A stretch of DNA of 64,000 bases from Bacteroidales bacterium (GTDB lineage: Bacteria > Bacteroidota > Bacteroidia > Bacteroidales > UBA12077): positions 4,702 through 68,701 of the forward strand of contig JAKSCO010000069.1 of NCBI GenBank assembly GCA_022360575.1, in the 5' to 3' direction. Numbering within the stretch: the first letter of the stretch is position 1; each line of letters opens with the position of its first letter. Of the stretch, positions 27,047 through 36,758 are shown piece after piece. The position numbers and the translations under genes are program-made. The notes beneath the pieces were generated by a model, which did not search any database, was not told the origin of the DNA, and saw only the letters and a list, made by a program, of their open reading frames with translations.

Positions 27047-28057
27047 TTAAGATACTTTGACTTTCGAGTATTTTTCTATACTTTCTTTTAGTAATTGTTC
27101 TCGATTTATTGGGACAACTCCAACTTTTTCGCACACTAATCCACCTGCTAAATTTGATATTCCTGCAATTAAATCCTGATCTAATCCTGCTGCTAAGCAT
27201 AAACTAGCTGTGCCTATTAGTGTATCTCCAGCCCCCGAAACGTCAGCAATATCTCTTACTTCGGCAGGAATTGTTAAATACGAGTTGTTAGAGCTAATAA
27301 ATACACCCAACTCGGATAATGTTATAAGCAGATGTTCGATATGTAATTTAGAATGTATTTTTTGTGCAGCTGAGAAAATTCCCTCGAAATCTCCTTTTTC
27401 TATATCGATCTTAGAACCTTCAACAAGTTCTTTAAAGTTTGGTTTAAAAAGAGATACGTTTTTGTAGTGCATGAAATTTCGTTTTTTAGGATCGACAAGA
27501 CTTGGAATTTTTTTTGTATTTGCATAATCGACAACTTTTTCTATAACTCTTGGGGTTATACAACCTTTATCGTAATCTTCAAAAATAATGGCATGAACCG
27601 ATTTTGTTTCGAGAATAGAAAATATATGATTTATAAATTTCTCTTCGGTACTCTTGCTTAGTTCTTCGTCGGTTTCTTCGTCAACACGAAGCATGTGTTG
27701 ATTGTCTGAGATAATTCTGGTTTTTACGGTTGTAATTCTATCTTGTTCTTGAATAATTCCTTCTGAAGAAAGTTCTCGTTTTTTTAATAAATTATGAAAT
27801 GTTTTCGATTTAGAATCGGTTCCGATAACAGAACAAAGTATAGGATTTGCTCCTAGAGCTTGAATATTTAAAGCAACATTAGCAGCACCTCCTAATCGAT
27901 TTTCTCTTTTTGTACTCATAATAATTGGAACTGGAGCTTCTGGTGAAATTCGGTCAACTTTTCCCCACATGTACGAATCAATCATAACATCACCAATTAT
28001 AAGTATATTAAACTGATAAAAAGAATCGAATATTTTTTTTATGTCTATGTTCTCCAC
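27047..28057 (-). CDS. PfkB-family sugar kinase, D-glycero-beta-D-manno-heptose-7-phosphate kinase type (HldE domain I only)
   Basis: ILIIGDVMIDSYMWGKVDRISPEAPVPI...RLGGAANVALN...DVSGAGDT match the RfaE/HldE kinase domain. There is no C-terminal cytidylyltransferase domain. The start is GTG. Confidence 0.7.
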   Translation of the reverse strand: MENIDIKKIFDSFYQFNILIIGDVMIDSYMWGKVDRISPEAPVPIIMSTKRENRLGGAANVALNIQALGANPILCSVIGTDSKSKTFHNLLKKRELSSEGIIQEQDRITTVKTRIISDNQHMLRVDEETDEELSKSTEEKFINHIFSILETKSVHAIIFEDYDKGCITPRVIEKVVDYANTKKIPSLVDPKKRNFMHYKNVSLFKPNFKELVEGSKIDIEKGDFEGIFSAAQKIHSKLHIEHLLITLSELGVFISSNNSYLTIPAEVRDIADVSGAGDTLIGTASLCLAAGLDQDLIAGISNLAGGLVCEKVGVVPINREQLLKESIEKYSKVKVS

Positions 28058-28232
28058 GATCTATAATTTATTATTAATTGAGCAAAGATACAGTTTCATA
28101 TCAAAAATGATAAAAATAGAAGTTAATAAATCTTAAATAGAATTGCTTAAAAAAGGATTTTTAAAGTATACAAATCTGATTTTGATATTTTTATCATTGA
28201 TGTTTGTCGCGCTTGGTGGGCAATAAGCCAAG

Positions 28233-30710
28233 TTAAACAGGATCAACATCGGTAGATATGCGAACGGATTTAAAATTATTTTGAGTTGTGATATTAATAA
28301 TTTGTTCGTCGAGTAATTTTTTTGCTCGTTGAAAAGAACTTTCGCGTTCTACTTTTAAGATAATATTCTGAATGTAGTTGTTTTGTACTCTCGAAATAAT
28401 AGGGGATTCAGGGCCTAAAACTCTTTTCCCAAATATTTTCCGCATCGAAATAGCTAATTGATCGGCTGCTTTGTTGGTAATATCTTGTTTTTTATGACGA
28501 ATACTTATTCGTATTAAACGATAAAAAGGGGGGTATTTATAGTTTTTACGTTCGAATAGTTGAGATTTATACATTTCGTCGTATTTGTTATCAAGAACAT
28601 ATTGTAATATAGGATGTCCCGGGTTGTTACTTTGGATAATTACTTTCCCTTGTTTGTTTTTACGTCCTGCTCGTCCGCTAACTTGGGCTATTAGCTGGTA
28701 GCTTCGTTCAAATGCTCTAAAATCGGGATAGTTAAGCATGTTGTCGGCATTTAATATCCCGACTAAACTTACGTTATCAAAATCGAGCCCTTTTGATACC
28801 ATTTGAGTTCCGATTAAAATATCGATTTCGCCTGTTTCGAAACTGGATATAATATTTTGATAAGCATTTTTCTTTCGGGTCGAATCAAGGTCCATACGCG
28901 CAACTTTAGCTTCGGGGAAGAATATTTTTATTTCGTCTTCGATTTTTTCGGTTCCGAAACCTCTTGTCTGAACTGCTGTGTTGCCACAAGCCTTACATGT
29001 TCGGGGTACTTTAATAGTATATCCACAGTAGTGGCAAACTAGTTCGTTATTATGACGGTGATAAGTTAAACTAACGTCGCAATGCTTACATTCGGGAATC
29101 CATCCACACATATCGCACTCGAGATAAGGAGAGAACCCTCTACGGTTTTGAAATAGAATTACCTGTTCGTTCATTTGGAGAGATTCTTTTATACTATCGA
29201 GCAAAGCAGGAGAGAAGTGCGATTTCATTTCTTTACGCTTTTTTGCTCTTAGTGTATCTACCAAACAGTTTTCGGGTAATTGTATGTTCTGGAAACGAGT
29301 ATTTAATCGAACTAATCCATATTTGTTGGCTTTTGCATTAAAATAACTCTCGATTGATGGAGTTGCTGTACCTAAAAGAACTTTGGCTGCGTGCATTTGA
29401 GCTAATACAACAGAACAGTCGCGGGCATTGTATCGAGGTGCCGGATCGTATTGTTTGTAGGTGTTTTCGTGTTCTTCGTCGACAATAACCAATCCTAGGT
29501 TTGAGAATGGCAAAAACAGCGACGAGCGAACACCTAAGATAACATCATATTTCTTTAGTTCGTCTTGGTCTAAAATATTTTGATAAACCTCTACTCGTTC
29601 AGAATCGCTAAATTTTGAATGATAAACACCTACTTTGTTGCCGAATACCGATTGTAATCGATTTATAATTTGTGTTGTAAGAGCTATTTCGGGAAGTAGA
29701 TAAAGAACCTGTTTTCCTTGGTTTATTTGTTCCTGAATAAGATGAATGTATATTTCGGTTTTTCCGCTTGATGTTACTCCGTGTAATAAAACAACATCCT
29801 TATTTTTGAATGTTTCAAGAATCTGATCGTGGGCATTTTGTTGAGCTTCGGAAAGCTCTTTTATGGCTACCGATTTTATAGAAGAGTTATCTAATCGACT
29901 GATTGTTTTGTTGTATTCGCTAAGAATATTTTTGTCGATTAATGATTTTATTATCGATGTGTTGGTTTTTGATTCGTCGGCAAGATCTTTCTTTTTTACT
30001 TCGATAACCTGATTTTTTACAAAGCTCCCTGAAAGTTTAATGTAGCTCATTAAAACATGCAATTGTTTTGGGGCTCGGCTTAATTGTTCGAATGTATTAT
30101 TAAGAATAGATTCTGAATTTATTGACTCATTAAGTTTTATGTAAGAATCGGTTTTGGGTTTGTAGTTTTCTCTAATCTTTTCTTCGAGAATAATTGATTT
30201 CTTTTCTAATAATGATTTTAAAACAGGAAGAGAATCTTTTTTGTTAAGGGCATCTGAAACCTCTTTTACGCTGGCAATATTTTTATCGGCTAAGAAATCT
30301 AAAATTAAAGTTTCTGTTTGCGAAAATGTGTTTTTTTCGATAAACTCAGGATTGTATATTACTTTTGTTTCGCTTTCGAGTTTTAATCCTGAAGGTAATG
30401 CTGCTTTAAAAACTTCGCCTAGCGAGCACATATAATAATTCGCAATCCAGTTCCATAAATCAAGTTGATATTTATTGGCGATAGGAGTTTTATCTAAAAC
30501 AGAAATAATGTCTTTTGTTTCGTAATCTTGGGGTTTGTTCTTATGAATAGAAAAAACAACAGCAGCATAAATTTTACGTACTCCAAACTGAACAATTACT
30601 CGTTTGCCTATTTTTATTTCATCGAATAGCTCGGCAGGAACACTATATGTAAATAATTGTTTTAGGGGTAATGGTAAAATTACATCTATAAAATTAAGTT
30701 GTTCGTTCAT
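28233..30710 (-). CDS. priA: primosomal replication-restart helicase PriA
   Basis: Walker A (GVTSSGKTEIY), the DEEHE box, and a Cys-rich zinc-binding insert (CDMCGW...CKHCDVSLTYH...CHYCG...CKACG). Length is 825 aa. Confidence 0.9.
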   Translation of the reverse strand: MNEQLNFIDVILPLPLKQLFTYSVPAELFDEIKIGKRVIVQFGVRKIYAAVVFSIHKNKPQDYETKDIISVLDKTPIANKYQLDLWNWIANYYMCSLGEVFKAALPSGLKLESETKVIYNPEFIEKNTFSQTETLILDFLADKNIASVKEVSDALNKKDSLPVLKSLLEKKSIILEEKIRENYKPKTDSYIKLNESINSESILNNTFEQLSRAPKQLHVLMSYIKLSGSFVKNQVIEVKKKDLADESKTNTSIIKSLIDKNILSEYNKTISRLDNSSIKSVAIKELSEAQQNAHDQILETFKNKDVVLLHGVTSSGKTEIYIHLIQEQINQGKQVLYLLPEIALTTQIINRLQSVFGNKVGVYHSKFSDSERVEVYQNILDQDELKKYDVILGVRSSLFLPFSNLGLVIVDEEHENTYKQYDPAPRYNARDCSVVLAQMHAAKVLLGTATPSIESYFNAKANKYGLVRLNTRFQNIQLPENCLVDTLRAKKRKEMKSHFSPALLDSIKESLQMNEQVILFQNRRGFSPYLECDMCGWIPECKHCDVSLTYHRHNNELVCHYCGYTIKVPRTCKACGNTAVQTRGFGTEKIEDEIKIFFPEAKVARMDLDSTRKKNAYQNIISSFETGEIDILIGTQMVSKGLDFDNVSLVGILNADNMLNYPDFRAFERSYQLIAQVSGRAGRKNKQGKVIIQSNNPGHPILQYVLDNKYDEMYKSQLFERKNYKYPPFYRLIRISIRHKKQDITNKAADQLAISMRKIFGKRVLGPESPIISRVQNNYIQNIILKVERESSFQRAKKLLDEQIINITTQNNFKSVRISTDVDPV

Positions 30711-31262
30711 TCAAATTGTTTCAAGTGTTAAATATAAAATTAACAAAAATATATTTTTTCTTTTAGTGATTTCTTTTTGTTGAGATATTGTAAAATTGTG
30801 TTTGAATAATTCGGAGGATTAATAGCTTGTCTTTTGGGATGAAAAAGTATGAATCTATATGGGTGTAAATGCCCAAATAGAATAGATTAACCATCCTATC
30901 GACTTTTTAGTATGGTTTCCCGAGACAGTTTGTCAGGTTTCGTTTCTGCAAGAACGAAAATATAATTTTATAAGGTATCCTAACAGTTTGTTAAGATGAT
31001 TTTCAGAAACAGATTGATATCTTTACGTAAAAAGTAGTAGAATTTCTAATTCTATATTTTAATTAACTATTGGGATAACATAAAAATGAGTTTGAGCTTG
31101 GGTGTATAGTAAAAAGTTATTTAGAGATACTTAATTTTCTTCTCATATTTTTTATTCGTTTAAGAACACACTATTGAGTTAAGATATAATAAAATTAAAG
31201 CATCATCGTTGGAGAAATTTCGTCATTTTAATATATTTGACTTTTAATATAAATTACTCATC

Positions 31263-31751
31263 ATGGAACAAATTCAGAAATCGAATGTAGGGCAAGGACT
31301 CGGAATTGCTGGTCTTGTATTAGGAATTATTACTTTAATAATATCATTCATCCCCTGCTTGGGTATGTACGCTCTTTTTCCTGGGGTTATTGCTATAATA
31401 TTAAGTGCTATTGCTTTTTCCCAAGCATCTAAGGCAAATTCGAAAAAAGGGTTATTGATAGCTGCTTTAGTAATATCAATAATTGGAACATCAATTGCTG
31501 CTTGGCAATTATACATTTTTAGAGATACTCCTTCTAAAATAGAAAAAATCGGAAAGAAGCTTCAAGAAGTAGCTGAAAAAGAACTTGACCCTGAGGAACT
31601 CGAAGAACTTGAAGAAGCGATGGAAGAACTCGAAGGCGAAATAGAAAATATAACCGAAAGTGCTTTTGAAAAAGTTAATAAACATACAAAAAAAACAATA
31701 AAAGAGCTCGAAGAAGTTGCCGAAGAACTCGAAGATGATGAATCTAAATAA
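31263..31751 (+). CDS. DUF4190-like two-TM protein with an acidic coiled-coil tail
   Basis: GLGIAGLVLGIITLIISFIPCLG and LLIAALVISIIGTSIAA helices, then an ELEELEEAMEELEGE-type tail. Confidence 0.5.
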   Translation: MEQIQKSNVGQGLGIAGLVLGIITLIISFIPCLGMYALFPGVIAIILSAIAFSQASKANSKKGLLIAALVISIIGTSIAAWQLYIFRDTPSKIEKIGKKLQEVAEKELDPEELEELEEAMEELEGEIENITESAFEKVNKHTKKTIKELEEVAEELEDDESK

Positions 31752-32136
31752 TTCTCTCTTTAAAGAACCATATCACATTATAAATCTATCATTTACCGGA
31801 ATAATAGTCCTCGTATTTGTTTATTCTGGTATTTTTTCTGCTCAAAAATGCAACTACCCAATACAATCAGCTTGTATCAACAAATCACAAAATTCGTGTC
31901 CAAGCAGAGGTCTTTCTAGAAGCTTCTCAGAAATTGTACGATTTAATTTCAATAACGCTTTAAAATACAATAAACACGGAATAAAAGTATTTTCATTTTT
32001 CTTTATCCAACTATTCTTACGAATTCTAGCATCATTTCTTCTTTTTAAAAAAATAAATAAACGTCCCCTCATTATTACTGATTCGATTCTATCAGTAGTC
32101 CTATATATTTATTGTTTCAATGAAATAATAATCTAA
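31717..32136 (+). CDS. DUF2752-like membrane protein (start uncertain; ATG at 31735 also possible)
   Basis: CPSRGLSRSF lies in the position of the DUF2752 CPxCGxTR motif and is flanked by TM helices. It overlaps the upstream gene's 3' end. Confidence 0.4.
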   Translation: MPKNSKMMNLNNSLFKEPYHIINLSFTGIIVLVFVYSGIFSAQKCNYPIQSACINKSQNSCPSRGLSRSFSEIVRFNFNNALKYNKHGIKVFSFFFIQLFLRILASFLLFKKINKRPLIITDSILSVVLYIYCFNEIII

Positions 32137-32156
32137 CGCCGATAATTAGGGGTTTT

Positions 32157-32318
32157 ATACCAAATAGGTTTCAAGATGAAGGATTTATAAAAATGAATAA
32201 TTTTTGTCTTAGACGCGACGAAAAAGTAAAAGATAGCCGAGTTACCTTGCAACTTTTTTGGCAATGGCTAAGGTAAAAAGAAACGTTTTTATCACTCATT
32301 TTGATGTTCTTTGGGTAT
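32157..32318 (+). repeat. dispersed MITE-like repeat, copy C (longest)
   Basis: ATACCAAATAGGTTTCAAGATGAAGGATTTATAAAAATGAATAATTTTTGTCTTAG...CACTCATTTTGATGTTCTTTGGGTAT. It carries a 17-bp internal segment absent from copy A. Confidence 0.8.
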
Positions 32319-32406
32319 TATATCTCTATAAATTATTTTAACCTACAACTTCACTTTTACTTTTATTTTATATATTTATTACTCAAAACCTTTAATTTAT
32401 AACAAA

Positions 32407-33666
32407 ATGACAATCACACCTACCTCCCAAAAAGAAAGAATTATTTCTTTAGATATTCTCAGAGGCTTTGCTGTTCTAGGGATCTTAATTATGAACATAC
32501 AAAGTTTTTCAATGATCGGAGCAGCTTATATAAACCCTTATGCTCATGGCGATATTTCTGAGACAAATAAAATTGTATGGCTTTTAAGTCATATTTTTGC
32601 TTCATCAAAGTTCATATCTATATTTTCTATCTTATTCGGAGCAGGCATGATTTTATTTGTCGAAAAATTAAAATCAAAAGGAATAAATTCTATTTCATTA
32701 CATTTCCGCCGAACCCTATGGCTTCTGATTTTTGGATTAGCACATGCATATTTATTATGGCACGGAGATATACTTGTTGCATATGCCGTATGTGCTTTGT
32801 TTATTGTTTGGTTTCGCAATAAAAAACCACGAACTCTATTCATCATTGGAGCATGCTTTATAGCTGTTTCATTACTATCTAATTTCATGACAGGAATTTC
32901 AATCCCTTATATGGACGAAGCTACAAGGACAGGTTTATTACAATCGTGGCAGCCAACATCCGAAATGATTAGTCATGAGATTAACGCATACCGAGGATCT
33001 TTTATCACACAAATACCAACAAGGTTCTTTGCAGCTCTTAAAATGCAAACCTTTCTTTTTATTTTTTATATCGGATGGGAAGTAGCAGGAATAATGTTAA
33101 TCGGAATGGGATTATATAAATTAGATATTCTATCTGGGAAAAAATCGAATCGCTTCTACTCGGCTCTTTGTATTACAGGACTAACAATAGGCTTACTACT
33201 TACAACTACAGGGTTCTATCAAAATACCCAACATAACTTCTCGTATGACTATTCATTTTTTCTGGGGTCTCAATACAATCGAATAGGAAGCATTTGTATG
33301 AGTATTGGATATATAGGAGTGGTAATGCTTTTAATAAATAACTTCAAAAAAAACTGGATTAGCCGAGGTTTACAAGCTATGGGACAAACAGCCCTATCTA
33401 ATTATTTAATACAAAGTATTATTTGTTCTTTCATTTTTTACGGGCATGGCTTAGGGTTATACGAAAAAGTAGAATTATGGCAACAAGTATTTTTTGTTTT
33501 AGGAATATGGATAATACAATTGATTGTATCGCCAATATGGCTCAGATATTTTCATTTTGGTCCTTTCGAATGGATTTGGAGAAGTTTAACATATTGGAAA
33601 ATCCAGAAATTCAAAAAAGATATAACTCCCTCTGAAGATAACCAATTTAAGAAACAATTTGCATAA
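32407..33666 (+). CDS. DUF418/YeiB-family polytopic membrane protein
   Basis: ERIISLDILRGFAVLGILIMNI N-terminus, ~10 TM segments, and a C-terminal FGPFEWIWRSLTYW motif typical of YeiB-like proteins. Confidence 0.7.
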   Translation: MTITPTSQKERIISLDILRGFAVLGILIMNIQSFSMIGAAYINPYAHGDISETNKIVWLLSHIFASSKFISIFSILFGAGMILFVEKLKSKGINSISLHFRRTLWLLIFGLAHAYLLWHGDILVAYAVCALFIVWFRNKKPRTLFIIGACFIAVSLLSNFMTGISIPYMDEATRTGLLQSWQPTSEMISHEINAYRGSFITQIPTRFFAALKMQTFLFIFYIGWEVAGIMLIGMGLYKLDILSGKKSNRFYSALCITGLTIGLLLTTTGFYQNTQHNFSYDYSFFLGSQYNRIGSICMSIGYIGVVMLLINNFKKNWISRGLQAMGQTALSNYLIQSIICSFIFYGHGLGLYEKVELWQQVFFVLGIWIIQLIVSPIWLRYFHFGPFEWIWRSLTYWKIQKFKKDITPSEDNQFKKQFA

Positions 33667-33671
33667 GTACA

Positions 33672-34394
33672 TTAGCCTGTAATGTACTCTGCAATATCCT
33701 TTAATACTATAATACCCGACATCTGATCGTTAGTTTTACCACTTTCAGTAATAATTAATGCATCATAATACCAGTTTACTGGAGTCTTCATATACGAACT
33801 TTTATAAATCTCAGCTGCATCATAAATCGATAAATTCTCACTGATTGTTTCGAAATTTTTATTCCGTTCTGCATTTTCTAAAACATCTGTAATAATCGAC
33901 TCTGATGCAGAAACAGTTTCGTTTGTAGCCAACCACTCAGCAATATGACTCGAATTTAAAACATCAACCACCACTCCCCTGTCAAGTATCGGAACCTGAG
34001 ACACTCTGTGCTTTCGCATATATTGCAATGCCTTTAAAAGATTATCATCGATAAAACAATAATATACCTTTTTCTTAAACAAAGATACTTTCTGCGGATA
34101 TTGTATTTTATGCCAAATAAGCTCAATATGCTTTACAATATCATCTAATGGATTAGCTATTATTTTTCCATTTCGCCTAGAATTATGAACCATTACATTT
34201 CGCAAATCCGAATAAGTAAATAAATCTTCGCGAAAACACTTTATAACCCCTTCTTTTTTCGAAACTTTACGCACCAATTCATGAAATGGCATATAATATC
34301 CATTATTATATTTTGTCTTTAAATATTTCTCTATATGATTAAATATATCTAAAAATTTCTCGGCATTCTGCGACATAATTATCTCATTTTTCAA
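33672..34394 (-). CDS. HEPN-like (Rx4H) N-terminal domain fused to a CBS pair
   Basis: The N-terminal ~100 aa are helical and end in DLRNVMVHN (R65-x4-H70, nt 34185-34202), like Swt1-type HEPN domains. The C-terminal ~135 aa show CBS signatures (HRVSQVPILDRGVVVDVL, GIIVLKDI). Confidence 0.55.
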   Translation of the reverse strand: MKNEIIMSQNAEKFLDIFNHIEKYLKTKYNNGYYMPFHELVRKVSKKEGVIKCFREDLFTYSDLRNVMVHNSRRNGKIIANPLDDIVKHIELIWHKIQYPQKVSLFKKKVYYCFIDDNLLKALQYMRKHRVSQVPILDRGVVVDVLNSSHIAEWLATNETVSASESIITDVLENAERNKNFETISENLSIYDAAEIYKSSYMKTPVNWYYDALIITESGKTNDQMSGIIVLKDIAEYITG

Positions 34395-34442
34395 TTCATT
34401 CCAATACAGAAGCTCTATTACTAAAAATCAATAACATTTGAT

Positions 34443-36749
34443 CTAATCTGCATTGTCTTTATCCTTTTTTCTTTTGCGTTTAAATAGTCTTCGTATAAAA
34501 TTACCTATGCTTTCTTCTTTCTTTTTAATTTCTCTTATAATCTTTGGTTCAATCTTATCTTGAAAATCATTACAATTTAAGAGTGTTTGTATCGAATCAG
34601 AAATATTAAAATCTTTATTTTTTAAATACGAATATTTTGGGTTTTTATAAACATCTCTCATAAATCTGGCAAAAATAGGCATTGCCGCATAGGCACCCTG
34701 TCCGTATGTCGATCTGAACCGAACAATAGGATTATCGCCACCAACCCATACACCAACAACTAATTTCGAATTCATCCCCATAAACCAAGCATCAGTATTT
34801 CCTTGCGTTGTTCCCGTTTTCCCAGCCAAACTTCCTTCTAAGTTCCATGTATTTCTTAAACCTCGGGCTGTTCCTCGTTCAACAACACCTTGCATCATTG
34901 CCAAAACCTTTTCAGATGTTGCCTTAGACAAAATAGAATCTTTGGGTTTATGCATACCATCTGAGTATATTATATTTCCATCAATATCTTCGATTCGTCG
35001 AATCATACGAGGAAACACTCTCATCCCCTTATTCTGAATAACAGAATAAACTTGTACCATTTCAAGAAGCGACACCTCGCCAACACCTAAAGCCATCGAC
35101 GGAACTTTAGGTAAATCTGATGATATTCCCATCTTATGAGCTAAATCAATAGTAGAATCAATACCTGCTTCAAGCAATAATTTCACACTAATTGTATTAA
35201 CCGAATTAGCCAAAGCGCCTTTTACCGAATAATAACCACCATAACCTTTCCCCGAATTCTGAGGAACCCAATTGTTGTAATCTTCATAAACAACACTATC
35301 GTTTTCGTAGAAATCGCAAGGATTTATTCCTTTTTCTAATGCTGCAGCATATACTACCGGCTTTATTATCGAGCCTGTTTGTCGCTTAGATGTTACATGA
35401 TCATATTGAAAATATTTATAGTTTGATCCTCCAACCCATGCTAAGATATCACCCGAGCCTCCATGCATCACAAGAGCTCCTGTTTGCAACATCTTAAAAT
35501 AATGCAGTAACGAATCAAGTGGAGATATTAAAGTGTCTTGCATTCCCTGCCATGTAAAAATCTCTGATCGACGAGGTTTTTTCATTTCAATCAAAGCTTC
35601 TTTTTTACTCAAACCTTTTTTAATTAAAGATTTATAAACCTTACTTTGCTTTATTTGCAACATTGCCAAATTCGGATTCTTAACCCAAGGTTCTTTTCCT
35701 TTCCATTGTTTATCAAATTGTTTTTGAAGATGAGTCAAATGCTTCTTTACCGAATTCTCAAGATATTCCTGCATTTTGGCATTTATAGTTGTATAAATTT
35801 TCAGTCCATCTGTATATAAATTATACGGACTTCCATCCGGGCTCTTTTTATCTTTTAAAATTTCAACACAACTTCTTCTTAAATACTCCCTAAAATAAGC
35901 AGCAGCCCCTTCATTATTAGTTAATTTTCGGTATTTTAAATTTATTCGTTTTTGTTTTAACCGCTCTAAAGCTTCTTTTTTCAGAAATCCATACTTATGC
36001 ATCTGAGATAAAACTACATTTCTCCGTTTAAAAGCAGCCTTCGAATTCAACCTGGGATTGTAACTAGTATTTGCTTTTAACAAACCAACCAAAACAGCCG
36101 ACTCATCAATTGTTAGTTCCGACGGACTCTTGCCAAAAAAGATTAAAGCTGCTGTTTCTATACCATAAGTATTTTCACCAAACGAAACAGTATTTAAATA
36201 CAATTCAAGAATTTCTTCTTTAGTATACAGTTTCTCCATTCGCCGTGCCAACATTATTTCTTTTACTTTAGCCACAGGAATAGAAAATAATCCATAGTTT
36301 TTTCGCGGATATAAATTTTTTGCTAACTGTTGAGTTATTGTACTTCCTCCCCCCGAACTCCGATTCATTAAGATTATAGTCTTAACCAAAACCCGCAAAG
36401 TACTTCTCGAATCAATTCCTTTATGTTTATAAAAACGAATATCTTCTGTTGCTATTAATGCATTAATCAAATGTTTTGGAATATCCTCTATTTTTGCATT
36501 TGTCCTATTTTGATAATAATATCGCCCCAACAACTCATCATCAACAGAATAAATATTTGTTGCTATATTATTTTTAATTTTTCTTAAATCCGAACAAGTA
36601 GGTAAATCTCCAAAAACACCAATCCTTATTGCCAAAACAAAAAATATTAACAATATTGAGAAAAAAACAAAAAGCGTTGCTATAAATTTAAAAATTAAAC
36701 GCCCGAAACTTTTCTTCTCCTTTTTCTTTTTTTTCTTCATTTTAACCAA
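34443..36749 (-). CDS. class A penicillin-binding protein (PBP1A; glycosyltransferase + transpeptidase)
   Basis: GT51 motifs EDIRFYKHKGID, GGSTITQQLAKN and RKVKE-like. Transpeptidase motifs SGSIIKP (SxxK), SVN and KTGTT. Confidence 0.9.
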   Translation of the reverse strand: MVKMKKKKKKEKKSFGRLIFKFIATLFVFFSILLIFFVLAIRIGVFGDLPTCSDLRKIKNNIATNIYSVDDELLGRYYYQNRTNAKIEDIPKHLINALIATEDIRFYKHKGIDSRSTLRVLVKTIILMNRSSGGGSTITQQLAKNLYPRKNYGLFSIPVAKVKEIMLARRMEKLYTKEEILELYLNTVSFGENTYGIETAALIFFGKSPSELTIDESAVLVGLLKANTSYNPRLNSKAAFKRRNVVLSQMHKYGFLKKEALERLKQKRINLKYRKLTNNEGAAAYFREYLRRSCVEILKDKKSPDGSPYNLYTDGLKIYTTINAKMQEYLENSVKKHLTHLQKQFDKQWKGKEPWVKNPNLAMLQIKQSKVYKSLIKKGLSKKEALIEMKKPRRSEIFTWQGMQDTLISPLDSLLHYFKMLQTGALVMHGGSGDILAWVGGSNYKYFQYDHVTSKRQTGSIIKPVVYAAALEKGINPCDFYENDSVVYEDYNNWVPQNSGKGYGGYYSVKGALANSVNTISVKLLLEAGIDSTIDLAHKMGISSDLPKVPSMALGVGEVSLLEMVQVYSVIQNKGMRVFPRMIRRIEDIDGNIIYSDGMHKPKDSILSKATSEKVLAMMQGVVERGTARGLRNTWNLEGSLAGKTGTTQGNTDAWFMGMNSKLVVGVWVGGDNPIVRFRSTYGQGAYAAMPIFARFMRDVYKNPKYSYLKNKDFNISDSIQTLLNCNDFQDKIEPKIIREIKKKEESIGNFIRRLFKRKRKKDKDNAD

Positions 36750-36758
36750 AATACAAGT

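Noticed and set aside
30711-31262. 550-bp spacer upstream of priA with small hairpins (e.g. TTTCGTTtctgcaagAACGAAA ~30938-30959), considered as a riboswitch or sRNA
   Set aside because: I could not match it to any riboswitch or RNA family consensus I know by eye. The stems are short and AT-rich. This is left as unannotated rather than claimed.
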